Origin: Octopus vulgaris
Lineage: Eukaryota
NCBI GenBank assembly: GCA_951406725.2
Contig: OX597834.1
Coordinates: forward strand, 8,494,001 to 8,558,000
Direction of reading: 5' to 3'
Length of the DNA stretch: 64,000 nucleotides
Shown here piece after piece: positions 27,238-41,232 of this stretch (the first letter of the stretch is position 1; each line of letters begins with the position of its first letter). The translations under genes were made by a program, and so were the position numbers. The notes under the pieces were generated by a model, which ran no database searches, was not told the DNA's origin, and worked only from the letters and a program-made list of their open reading frames with translations.

Positions 27238-30200
27238 TAGAAGAGAGAATAGATTGGGATTACTAATTGTGAGGTTTTTTCTTAGATTTCATGCTGTTTC
27301 GCAACTTATAAATGTTAGCATATTGAATATAGCAAATTGAATATATGTATAAAAAAGAAAAAAAGGAATTTTCAGAAGAACCGGATTAGATGTCAAATAA
27401 TTAATTTTTGAAACCTATAGCATCAGCAAAGAATGAATCTGGAGTATTGTTTGTATGATCTCTAAAATAATAAATATTAAACTGAATTATTTTTATGCAT
27501 GTCATTTGTGATTCACCTAATGCAGTTTCAGTAATAGAAACTTCTGATATACAACTAGAATTTAAAATAATAAAGTTTATATCAGCACTAATGGTTTGTG
27601 TGCCGAGGTATGTTTTAGAAAATGACGAAAAAATGGAATAAACGAAAGTTGTTATAACAACACTGCTGGAATATCTTTACAGAAATGAATGAAAGAATGG
27701 GATTACAACATGGAATTTATATAAAGGAAGCTAATATGCAAAATGAAACACGGGAAAGAGTTTCCAGATATAATACAAGAAATATAATTAGAGAGCTAGA
27801 GGCAGAAGCCAACAAAATAAAGAGATACTTTGAAGAAATATCAGTTTAAAAAATAATATTTTCTTCAAACAGAAAATATTGTTCGGAGCACGATCTATTA
27901 ATACTTGAAGAAACTGATTGACTGGAGGCAAGTAAGAACTAAAATACACCAGTTAGATACAGGAGGAAATATTCACTGCAACACTTTATATATCACTGCA
28001 GTTGCGCTAGCATTATATCGTGTATTAGAAATACGCACTAACAAGTGAAGATAGGAATAATAAAAGAACGGTATGCCAATGAAAACGTACGTCATATTAT
28101 TATTGTTTGGCTGAGCTGTGCTCATTCTATAATCAATGCCGTTGAAGCAAAAGCAGCCATCTTAATTTTCGAAATAATGTATATAAGACTATTTCATCAA
28201 AAATGCTTTCAAATTCTTAATATAAGAAAAGTAGTATCATTTGAGTGATATGTGATCACTATTCTTAGATATTGTCTTGATCGTATACAGAACTTTTGTT
28301 TCAGTTGATAGCACCTAGAGATATATTCACTGTGCTGTACTCAAGCCTAGTAAGAGAATTCCATGCTGTTGAGCGACATGAAGTACTAAATGTCTCGGAA
28401 AATTATACATTAATTTATAAAGAAAGCCGCTTGTATTTACAAAAATGTATATTTTGTTATACATTACTTTAAAGCAATTTATATCTCTAGGTGTCATCAT
28501 CTGAAGCAAAAGTGTTTGGGTCCGTATACGGTCAAGACTATCTAGGAATAGTAAGCACTCGAATGATACTACATATCTTACATTAAATTACATTAAATTT
28601 AGAGGTTGCTGCTTCAATTTACTTCCGTTGTTTATATGTTCAGTCAGTTAAGCAGTGATCTATGTCTGTCTACAGGAGAGCAAACATATGTACAAAGTTC
28701 GAAGAAAAATAACTACCGCTAAGTATATCGCTCTAACTATAAACATGAACACCTGTGAAAACAAAAGTAAAATATTTGAAAAGACACAGGTATTACAAAT
28801 CGAAAGGTGAAGACTGAAACGAGATAGTAAAACATGTGGCGATAAACATTACTCCTTAGTATAGTTTCTACTTTCATCTCTTATAGAATTACTTTGCATG
28901 TTGCAAGATCAGTGACTGATTTTCGATTGGTTTACCTTACCACATATTGCGAGCTGGTGCGATTTCCTGCTAACTCTAACAATGGACACAACTAGCCTGA
29001 ACCATTTAGTCTGGTAGTCCCGTCGTCTGCTAGAAGATGGTAGGGGTTCACTCCCCTGCTTATAATGTGTGACGGGTGCAGATTGTATCGACAACCAGCT
29101 GGAGGAGGCTCCTTTTGAGAGTTAAAAAATGGTGGCAACGTCAAGCAGCCATATTTATGAGGCGATAAACATTAATTCTCTGTAACTACTACTGCTCTGC
29201 AATTCTTTGGGTTTTGCTAATAATTCTTCCCTCATTCTTTAACAGTGACAAATCCATGATTATACAGGTCTAACATTTAAACCATTCTAACAGTTAGCAT
29301 CGATGTATTAGACAAAATTCGTCTTTGTTTAAATTCCGTTTTGCCACAAGTCAGCAGTAATCAAGAAAGTATATGACATTATGTACTGAAGTGATCACCA
29401 TTTTGACGTTTTCATTCAAGCTTTGTTAACGTGTTCGGATATGATCTCATATAGATCTGCCTGCACTTTCTAGCAGGTCGAGTAAGCGGTTCGACGTGGG
29501 TGCGACAGCTATGTCTTTTTTAAAAAACAGGATAGTGGATGGTGATAAAAGGCGGCAAACTGGAAGAATGCAGGTGCTATACGGTTTTATTTCTAGTTCT
29601 CACTTCAGATTTGATAATCGCCTATTTGGAGACGAGCAATATAGTGACTACCCGATACTGCGGTCAATTCTCCATTTCTGACTCACTTTCTCATTTCCCA
29701 TATCTGACTATCTTGATCCATTCTCTCTTTCTGTATCCATTTGGAAAAAAAATTGCTTTTGTTTAGACCAACCGAAGAATAGATTTTGCAAAATATATAT
29801 GCGGAAGGTACACTACATATTAGGAAGAACTCCAACAAATCTGTCTAACGTTGTAAGCACAGTTAAGTTTGTGAATTGAGACAATTTTTCCCCAAATTCT
29901 ATATCAACCAATCGATTTGAGACTGGTATCAGTAGTGGCAACATTTGTTGTTGATTAGCTATTGATTAGATAGCCACAGATCCACTTTCTTTTATGACGT
30001 CTACGAATAAAGAAATTCCAGCAGACGCCATTGTCTTTAGGGTTAGACAGGATTATATTTTATGTCCTTTATTTAAAATAATGGGCAGCCAATTTTGGGA
30101 GACTTGGATGATATCTTTCACAGAGTGAACGATCGCACAATTTCTCCATTAATTTCTACAGAATAGAGATGAGAAAGAAAATAAACATCGAAAATCAACG

Positions 30201-31049
30201 AGAGAGAAATGCATTTCAACGGACATATGTGACTTGATAAATTCAATGCCAGAATTATATTGATTTTAGGAGAATGTATTTGCTACACGAAAAGAGAGTT
30301 AGTTGCATGGGATAAGTGTATTAAGAATAAAATGACAACGTATGACAAACTTCTTTAGTAAGTAAATGTAAAGTGATTATATGATGAGAAATTATTTGTA
30401 GAATGAGGTCAGATATGTTTCGGACAATATATGGTGTATGCAAAAAAAATAAATGGAAGATAAGATTTATATCTTGCAAAAAATATGAATTATTATTGCT
30501 GACTATATGAACGTAACTGCCACTGTAGATTGGAATAACAGTTAAAAACAAAAGACAAACTAGGAATCATATTTAGGATGAGAGAATTCGAGATGAAATA
30601 TTATATACCATTTCCTGGACCGTGGCGAGAGATACAATGAGATTAATACAGGAGATATTTCATTTTATTGTGCTCAAGAGCAAACCACGCGTCTAGTGAA
30701 TAAGCACACTGGAATTAGGTTATTTGATTTAAGAATGGAAAGAAAGAAAACGAATACAATACAAATAAAAGCAGCGAAGTTTACATTGTTTGAATGTTTA
30801 TTCAAACAATGAAAACTGGGACAGGGATCGAATCTTGCCCTCTTTTATGGAAAGTCAAAACATTTTTATTAACATTGTTTTTTCACTTCCTACTGTCGAA
30901 ACTATTAATACATGAAAAGTAATCATTCCCATTATAGTAATGAAAGCGATTTATTATAAATTCTTATTTTAAATGATTGAAGAAATGGCATTCTTTATCA
31001 AAAGTGAGATAGTATAAACTTGACACTTATTCTTATCTTATACAGAGTT

Positions 31050-31530
31050 GCATTGCTTCTGAAGTAGGAAGCGCCTCTCCGGTTTCCTTCCACCATCGTC
31101 TGTCTGTGGCCATTGGTAGCCATGTTGATTCCAGGACGCGGATGAGATATTTTCACCATTTACTCTTTGTTCAACTTCCTGATCATTTCCATTGTCTTGG
31201 TGTCCAATCCGTTACCCTGATTGCTATCATTCAGTCGTACGATGTGTTCATCCCATGTATATGTGTTCTCCTTAATGGTTCTTATGATTCGTTGATTCTC
31301 GTATGTTTTTGAATAAAGGCGTCGCTTTTCTTATCCCGCAACGTGATGTCAGGCATGAGTCGTTCCATTTTCGGCTGGGCTACACTGAGAGTATCGAGGC
31401 TGGTGGTATTGAGAGCCTACCTTTCACTGCCGTAAATGATCGTATCTATAATAGCTCCAATGAGCACGATATGCAAATCGTACTCCAGCATCGACATAAA
31501 AAAAAATGGAAATGGCAGTCATCTTGTAAT
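31050..31530 (-). mobile_element. RTE-clade LINE 3' fragment
   Basis: Minus strand YGSE..LSVAQPKMERLMPDITLRDKKSDAFIQKHT..IKENTYTWDEHIVRLND..VTDWTPR matches RTE AQRxMERxMLGITLRD..KWxWAGH..W.PR. Confidence 0.8.
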
Positions 31531-31779
31531 TGAGTTGGTATGAAAGAGAGTCTGTTGACACTAAAAAGACTCGCAGAAATAACATTCAAAACAATTTAAA
31601 TTATAATTTATTTCATGAGATGTCACAAAGATCTATATGAAGAGAAAGTCTGAAATGTGTTTCATCAAGACAGAACTCGAATTTAGATAATGCATTCGCT
31701 CTAGAAACATGAAAATTAGAATTGGCCTCAGTTAAATCTGATCTTGGAATATAAGGGGTCGGAATAAACAATAAAATAC

Positions 31780-32208
31780 TGATCTTAAATTTTGGAGCAA
31801 GCCCAAATGTTTCGGGGGATAGGAGGCAAGATGATTACATTGACCCAAATGCTCAACTGGTAGTAAATTTATCGGCCTCCGAACGATGATAGGTAAAATT
31901 AACCCCGGCGGCATTAGAACACTGTGCAATGACGGACTAAATGCCGCCAAGCATTTTGTCCCGTGTGCTAACGATTCTGCCAGCTCACCTATTTGTCTTG
32001 AAAATTTGATACAAGACCAGTAATTTCCGTGGAGGGGTTAAGTCGATTACATCGACCCCAACGCTTTGCTGGTGCATATTTTATCAAACCGAAGAGGTGG
32101 TAAGGCAAAATCGTCCCCGGTGGCATTTGAACTCAGAAATGAAAGACGGAGTAATTAATGCTAAGCATTTTGTTCGGCTTGCTAATGATCGTGCCAGCTC
32201 GCCGTCTT
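31780..32208 (-). mobile_element. Two tandem old family C SINEs
   Basis: Units 31780-31990 and 31998-32208, each ending gctaa..tgccagctc. Confidence 0.8.
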
Positions 32209-32554
32209 AATGAACAACATGGTATTAGTAAGATAGACCAAATGTTTATATTCCCAGTGAGTGCATAATATAACAGTTCGAATATATGCATTTATTTGTA
32301 TGTATTTGAATTATATTTATTTTGCTAGATGATAAATAATCTAAAGACTCCTTAATCCGGATGTGACAGAGACAGAGAACGTGAAAATACCGGATCAAAC
32401 CTTGTACTCTGCTAATTGTTTCACCCACAGCATTAACATTGACGGAAATATTTACAAACATTACATGAATGTCCGTTGGTTTGCTTTTCGTATACCTGTG
32501 CATTTACAATGTCGAGAGTAGAATATCAATATCGCGATAAAATAACAATTTGAA

Positions 32555-33090
32555 TACAGTTCTATATTTAAGAGATGATGTACATTATTTACATTATTTA
32601 CATTCGAGGAGATAGTTATAAACCAGGTATACCTGATCATGTATATTGCAAATGGAGACCAACTCCCCCTGTGGGATGAAGTTAAAATAATAGACAGAGA
32701 ACACCACTGGAAAATAAGAAAACTAAAAGAAGCAGCACATATGCTAGGACACAACAACCTCCTAAGCAGACCAAGTGCAGATATGAGCTGCATATGGGAA
32801 CCGGTATTAAAGAAGAATGGGAGAATATTAGATTTATAAGCCCTAAAATTCACTCCATAATTGCCCAGTGGTTAAGAGCGCGGGCTACTAATCTCGAGAT
32901 TCCTTGTTCCACTCCAAGCAGTGACCTGAACACGAGCAACAGCAATAATAATATCATTGAAAAGTACCTTAGGAATGAGAATCCAGGTTCCAAGACAACT
33001 GAAGAAGGCTGGAGGGTATATCAACTGAAACGTTTTGTTAATAACAAACAAGATGAGTACAAATATCCGTCAAAATTAAATAATGAACGA
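32555..33090 (+). mobile_element. 5'-truncated Penelope-like element: inverted terminal piece, GIY-YIG C-terminus, tRNA-like cassette, hammerhead
   Basis: GDQLPLWDEVKIIDREHHWKIRKLKEAAHMLGHNNLLSR..IWEPVL (32650-32815); tRNA-like 32850-32926; gacaa-CTGAAGA-A-GGCTG..CAACT-GAAAC-GTT-ttgtt at 32994-33039; 32555-32612 resembles the inverse of the 3' tail. Confidence 0.75.
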
Positions 33091-34274
33091 TTTGTATTAT
33101 AAAATGACAGTGTGAAGAGCATAAAAAAATCTTATAAAGAATAATAATTTAAAGCATTTGGATGTAGTGTTAAATTAGTAGCATCCAAAAGGATTCCAAA
33201 AATTATATGTGTATCTCTATTTTAGAGTTCCATTACATGCCTGACTCGCCACACCAACATTTAAAAATTGTTTTATAAAATTTGAGAACAATTATACAAT
33301 CGGATGGCAATAATAGTATAACAATTCTGCTCATTCTATAATTTACAACGAATCATAATCTCTCTCTCCCTAAGTAAGGCCTTGCATATCAGTAATTATG
33401 TTTAAACATCAGAAGTTAATATTTGCAGGTTCAGTGAGCAGCTTTGTGAAAGTTATTGACCCAATCAAAACAAATTGTTTAATTATTTTGACACTAGGCT
33501 TCATCTTTAGACACATCAGTAAATTCTCCGTAAACGTAATTTAAGATAATTTCATGTGTGTGTGAGGGGTGCAAGTGTATATTATACTATGTCATATGAT
33601 AGTAATGTTATATTATATTCCACTACAGTGTATTCTATTATGTATCATATTTTATTATATTAAATATTCTAATATGTTATATTCTAGTATATCATTATAT
33701 TCGAAGCCGAATGCTTTTACAAAGCATGTTTGCTGTAGCATTAATATGTACACCATTGCCAAACTAACGTTTATGTATTTTTGTCAGGGCCTGTTTATGT
33801 AACGAAAAATCGAAGAGAACATTGTAAGCTATTCAGAAACATTCATATGCTAAGAAAATTCTGCTGTAACTACTGTTGCTGCTTAAATTTTGTTTGATCC
33901 TTATAAATCAGTTCTCTGAAGGAATAATTTAATAATTTAATTAACCACAACATATACATTCGCATACACGCATATAACCATACATAAGCACACACATAGT
34001 TCAGCATATATTCATCGTACGCGGGATTCCCACATCCTATCATACTAAGATATTTTAATGGAATTTGAGGAAGAATTTGATGCCATTCTCTACGTATTGT
34101 ACGAGTAGATACATGCTTCAGCATTCTCAGCTAAGAGATACCCGTTTTCTCAGACCGTAAATGACTCAAGTCAAACGCAGTCAAACGAAAAGAGATAAAA
34201 GCCCACACGTCAACTCAGTTTTTTAGAGCGTTTCATCCCTTTCTACAAATAAGCTATCATTATAACATAGCGAA

Positions 34275-34490
34275 CAGCGAGCTACCAGAATCGCGTGCAC
34301 GCCGAATAAAATACTTAGCGGCTTCTTTTCGTTCTTTACGTTCTGATTTCAAAATGTGCCGAAGTCGATTTGGCCTTTTATACTTCCGGATTCGGTAAAT
34401 TAAGTACTAGTTGGGCACTGGGCTTTATGTAATCGACTTACCTCTGCCCCTCACAAACCGCTGGTCCAGGGATGAAATTTGGAAACGTTA
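34275..34490 (+). mobile_element. Decayed family C SINE
   Basis: gcgagctaccagaatcg..acttagcgg..gtcgatttggcc..taagtactagttgggcactggg. Confidence 0.7.
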
Positions 34491-34558
34491 TAAGATTACG
34501 TCTCTATACATACACGGCACTAAACGTCTGCATACTAGCGTATGTAAGCGCCTAATCT

Positions 34559-34830
<272 letters not shown>

Positions 34831-36637
34831 GTCGTCTGTCTGTATGATTGTATATATGTATGTATGTATGTACGTATTATTATTTCAGCGGACAGATGTT
34901 TTCGCAATTTTGTGATGCTAAAACCAGGAATGTACGCTTATATTTTGTGATCTGATAGGAAAAGCCATACAAGCAATATAATTAGTGGTTAACTTTAGAA
35001 ATACTTCTGTCGTATATTCAGTGCTTTATAAAATCTTTTTTTATTCGTATTTAAATGGCGTAGTATTCTTTGACAGGAATTGTATAAAATCTGGTATACG
35101 AGTTGTAAAACTAACAATTTACAAAGGAAAATTTATGTAAAGAATATTATTCAAATAACTACAATGTCTGACGTCACATATGGAAAATGTATGAAAGACC
35201 ATATTTAACTTCACTTAAAGCTTCCCATCCTTCAACGAATGCAAATGGGGAATCTTTGCAGGTTATGTACAAAACACTTCCTCTAGGGATCAGCAGCGAA
35301 AACATAAACAATATCAACAAACCTCCATCAACGACAACACAGCGACTACTATGCTTCTAAGAATAAAAGTAAAAATTCTTTTATCTGCCGACAATTGTGA
35401 TTTTGTTCTTTATTATTCATTGAGCTTTTATTTTCATTTTATTTTATTTTATTTTCAAGTGTCGGTTTTCAAATGATTTTTGTAATCCTCGTTAGATTTG
35501 CACAACATTGTTGAAATTGATATGCTTAGATGGAGAAAGAGAAATGTCTAAATAATCACTTTGTATTCTGCCGATTCTTGTTGAAGTATGAAGTACGTTT
35601 TAGTTCATACAACCATCCATTCATTTCCGCTTCGGGCCTCTGCTGACGCAAACCAGAATAAATCAGTACTGTATAGAATGAATGAGATCCACTTGCTAAC
35701 AGAATCGTTGAGAAAATATCTATAATAATAACGCGAATCTCTTGGGATGTTTCATGAAATAGGATATCAGTTATAATGTAATAATATTTAATGTATGTCC
35801 ATAATCTTAGCTCTGAAATTATATGTACACATATCATTGTTCGTTCTAGTTGCAAACAATTCTATTTACACTAACGTCTTTGTGTTGTGCGAATTGATCT
35901 GAAACTGTTCTTTGGGGCTAAACCAGACTGTTAAAAAAAAAAAGGAAATGAATTACGAGATAATATAGATATAGAGAACCCACATAAGGCATCAAAGTTA
36001 ATGATTTCTTTCTTACGCAGAAGATAATTTGTTTTATTATACGTATGATTTTATAATCCATTTATTCGGCATTAATTATACATTTCACCACAAAACAAAG
36101 AGCCTAATCTATTATGTATATATAAAGAAACTTATATTTGCATCGAAGATTGCTATGGCTTAAAGCCTATCTAACGAAGAACATATGCTAGTGGCGTTAC
36201 TATTGTAGTTTCAAGGTGTATGAGGTTTAGAATTAGCGTGTCCTACAGCCATTAGATTAAATGTAGACACATTGAAACTATTATTCTGTATGCAAAATAT
36301 ATTCATTTCTAAAATGAAATAATGTACGAAAATAATTTATAACCCTTAATGAACAATATTTTTTTTTTATTACTTCATTTCCCCTTCTGGTTTTGATTCT
36401 TCGACTGGAACTATACTACAACTCTGACGTGCAATTTAAAATATTTTGTATTTCTACATATTAAGTGAGGTTTCTTTCCGTCTTACACATATCTGTTTAT
36501 CTCTACTTATTGGGCTGCCAATGAAAGTGATATAGCGAACAAAACAATTTTTTAGTTCTTATTTTCATTTTGTTTTAGAAGGTCTCAAACTATGGACAGG
36601 ATACGGCTCATGCTCACAGCTAAATATATGCCACACA

Positions 36638-36794
36638 GGGGTGGCTGTGTGGTAATAAGACTGCTTCCTAACCACATGGTTCCACGTTCAGTCCCACTGC
36701 GTAACACCTTCAGCGAGTGTTTTCTGCTTTAGCGTAGGGCTGACAATAGTTTTGTGAATGGATACGGTAGACGGTAACAGAAAGTAGCACGTCG

Positions 36795-36840
<46 letters not shown>

Positions 36841-36862
36841 CGACGTGCTACTTTCTGTTACC

Positions 36863-36916
<54 letters not shown>

Positions 36917-37110
36917 CGACGTGCTACTTTCTGTTACCGTCTACCTACCGTATCCATTCACAAAACTATTGTCAGCCCTACGCTAAAGCAGAAAACACTC
37001 GCTATGCTTCTAAGAATAAAAGTAAAAATTATTTTATCTGCCGACAATCGTGATTTTGTTCTTTATTATTCATTGAGCTTTTATTTTCATTTTATTTTAT
37101 TTTATTTTCA
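36638..37110. repeat. Family A SINE 5' half followed by two inverted self-copies and a direct copy of 35349-35457
   Basis: About 36836-36865 and 36915-37003 are inverses of parts of 36712-36800; 37002-37110 matches 35349-35457. Confidence 0.9.
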
Positions 37111-37158
37111 TTTTATTTTATTTTATTTTATTTTATTTTAAACACTGCTAAACCAGAA

Positions 37159-37203
<45 letters not shown>

Positions 37204-37295
37204 TATAACAATTTTCTTTGGGTGGATTTTATAAACATTTAACGCATTGTTACGCGCCTTTCCACAAATCACCTGTGACAGTAAATACGGTCACA

Positions 37296-37441
37296 GTCTT
37301 CTTTCAGTTTCTGTCTACCAAATCCACTCACAAGGGTTTGGTCTGCCCGAGGCTGTAATAGAATACACTTGCCCAAGGTGGCACGCAGTAGGACTGAACC
37401 CGGAACCATGTGGTTGGTAAACAAGCTACTTACCAGACAGC
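37296..37441 (-). mobile_element. SINE family A head fragment
   Basis: cttctttcagtttctgtctaccaaatccactcacaagg..gctacttacc. Confidence 0.85.
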
Positions 37442-37661
37442 CTTTTTTTAAGAATGCCAAAATGTGTCGTTTGATCCTTAGCCATATATTACTACGTTTC
37501 AGGATTAGGACTATTCTCCAGGAAATCTCCGGAGAAATGATGTCGTGGATTGACTCCTGTTCTGTAGCGTGAGGGAGAAACTGATAGTTTAGATAATGCA
37601 ACAACAGTCAAATGATGAGCATCTGTTTGCTTTCGGTCATATGTCCCAACTCCACTCCTCG

Positions 37662-38116
37662 TGGAGGCGCAATGGCCTAGTGGTTAGAACAGCAGACTCG
37701 CGGTCGGAGGTTCGCGGTTTCGATTACCAGACCGTTGTGTGTGTTTATTGAGCAAAAACACCTAATAGCTACACGAGGCACCTGCAGGGGTTGGTGGTGA
37801 CCCCTTTAAAGTGGAGGCACATGGCCTAGTGGTTAGAGCAGCGGACTCGCGGTCGAGGGATCGAGGGTTCGAATCTCAGGCCGGGCGAGATGAGTGATTA
37901 TGAGCGAAACACCGAAGCTCTACGCGGCTCCGGCATATGGGAATGGCAAACTTCTGCTGACTCTTTCGCCACAACTTTCTCTCACTCTTTCCTCCTGCAT
38001 CTTGCAGCTCACCGGCGACGGACCGGAGTCCCGTCAAGGTGGGGAATCTATACACCAAGGAAACCGGGAAAATCGGCCCTTATGAACTAGGCATGGCTCG
38101 AAAAGGAACAAACAAA
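37662..38116 (+). mobile_element. Dimeric family B-type SINE (two tRNA heads) inside one 14-bp TSD
   Basis: Heads at about 37662 and 37811 (ggaggcgcaatggcctagtggttag..ttcga); flanks aactccactcctcg (37648-37661) and aacttctctcctcg (38117-38130). Confidence 0.75.
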
Positions 38117-38192
38117 AACTTCTCTCCTCGGTAAAGACACTGAGTCTTAAGTACTGGAGTGTATTGCACAGAAACAAGTACCATAGTGCTAT

Positions 38193-38422
38193 TTCTTTAG
38201 TGCCCACAAGGGGCTAAACACAGAGAGGACAAACAAGGACAGACAAAGGGATTAAGTCGATTATATCGACCCCAGTGCGTAACTGGTACTTATTTAATCG
38301 ACCCCGAAAGGATGAAAGGTAAAGTCGACCTCGGCGGAATTTGAACTCAGAACGTAACGGCAGACGAAATACCGCTAAGCATTTCGCCCGACGTGCTAAC
38401 GATTCTGCCAGCTCGCAGCCTT
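38193..38422 (-). mobile_element. Young family C SINE with perfect 16-bp TSD
   Basis: TSD agtaccatagtgctat at 38177-38192 and 38423-38438. Confidence 0.92.
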
Positions 38423-39784
38423 AGTACCATAGTGCTATACGAAAAGTTGAGCTAGCAATGAGTTCAAAGTTATCTGTAAATGAAAACGACTGGAATACAC
38501 TAGAATAGCACCGAGTGGTTTCTTGTATGATCCTCGGCGTAACACCATGTTCGGTTGAGATAAGCCGTAGTTCAATCGCCGGGGGTAGTCGCTGAGTATA
38601 AAAGTTAATGGATATGAACAGACAAATCGATAACGCCGACAAACTGAAAGACATCTGAGATGTTATAGAAGACCAGTCGTAATGTCTCCTCTTCGCCTGA
38701 ATTATGATTCATCAAGTCTTCCTCTTTATTCGAAAGAAAAGGAAATAGTGCGTGTAATGTAATGATGTAAAAAAGACATGGCGCCCAGACAAATTAACCT
38801 CCGGTATAAATTATTATTTCTTTTTACAGATAAAAATAGTTACACAACGAAAAAGAATAAACAAAAATCTTACACATCTATAGCAATAAGTATGCAAATG
38901 AATACATAAGTGAATAAATATAGTAATAATTAAATAAATACATACAAAGTTACTTCCTTTTTCACGTGTCATTTACTTACTGATATTTTTATCACCAAAA
39001 TATCTTAATTCAAGCGAAAATATTATATGGCCCAGACCGATAAAATATTTCTACACACATTTATATTCCCCATTTTATTCTACTTATTATGATTTCAAGG
39101 TCGCTGAAGTAGCAGAATTACATCAGAGTAACTTTCCCCCTGCGGTCGATATAAGAGGTTCCAGTCATCTAGTAGCGAATATTCGACCGAATAAATCCTT
39201 CTCCAGAGGATCTTCGACGTTCTGTTTCACCAAAGCGTTATAAATTCAGATTTTATAATATATTCGCGTTTCATCTCTTTATTATAGATAATTGAACAAA
39301 TTGTAACAAGTAACACATTTACTCATACTTATAAACACTCCCGTGCTAACGTGATATATGTAAGTATACATAGATTTTTGTGTGCGCGTCTGTGTATGTG
39401 TACGTGTATACACACACACACACGCACACACACACACATATATATATACATACATAAATATATATACATATACATACATACATGCATACATTCATATATA
39501 TATATGTGTGTGTGTGAATGTGTGCATATATATAAATATATATTTATATGAATATATATATATATATATGTATATTTATGCATAAATGCACACACACACA
39601 TATATATATACATACATAAATATATATACATATATAAGTCATGCGAGGTATTGGTATCGAGAAGACCCAAAGGTTTCAGGTAATGCTGAGTAAGTGCTAT
39701 GGACAGACTATAGTTATGCTCCAGGTTCGGTGATTATGCCGATGAGGAGTGCAACATGGGTCATACATCAGCATGAGTATATAT

Positions 39785-40424
<640 letters not shown>

Positions 40425-40497
40425 AGTGTAGGTATATTCTTTCTTTTCATGTTTATATAGTTCATGTTGAGAGTGAACGTGGACAATATTTTAAACC

Positions 40498-40563
<66 letters not shown>

Positions 40564-41232
40564 TTTAAAATATGGATATCACGACATCCATAAAATGATT
40601 ATATATTAAAATATTTCTTTATAAAATGATATTAAACTACGTGAAAAAAAAAGGCATTTCTTTTCCACATTTTATGTTTCCCACATATTTTCAACTCTAA
40701 TTTTGCCACGTGGTGTATACTAAATCTCCAGTATTTTTGCTCCTTTTATAGTTATATGTATATATACATGTATTTATGTGCGTATTTAAGTATATGTGTC
40801 CAGAACGTATATAGGCACATAGAAACTTATTCACAAAGTAGCACAACTAAATATTTATCAGTCAAAATATACATGCACTGATATTCTCCGGTGAAGTAAA
40901 CAACGCAAAATATTTAATGAGTTTAACATACCAGTACAACAGACGGCATAACATCCTCCTTAATAAAAAATTTAAACCTTCCAATTTTCACCGAAATGAA
41001 TGTTAAAACACATTACCAAAATATGAAAATCTACTGAGGCAGGAAATGTCATTTGTAACTTAAGACGATCCTGACATAGAAGAATTTCGTTAAATTGTTA
41101 AACTAACAAGTGGCTGTTTAGCGAGAAATATTTCTTCCCAAGCAGATGGTTTCACGTTCACAACAACTGCGCGAGAGATTGGGCATGTCTTCCATTATAC
41201 TAGGATATTTCCTATTCTCTTCTGCTTATATA

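Noticed and set aside
35590-35700. Minus-strand peptide PEAEMNGWLYELKR resembling a PH helix
   Set aside because: Too short, with weak splice sites, and on the opposite strand to the other candidate.
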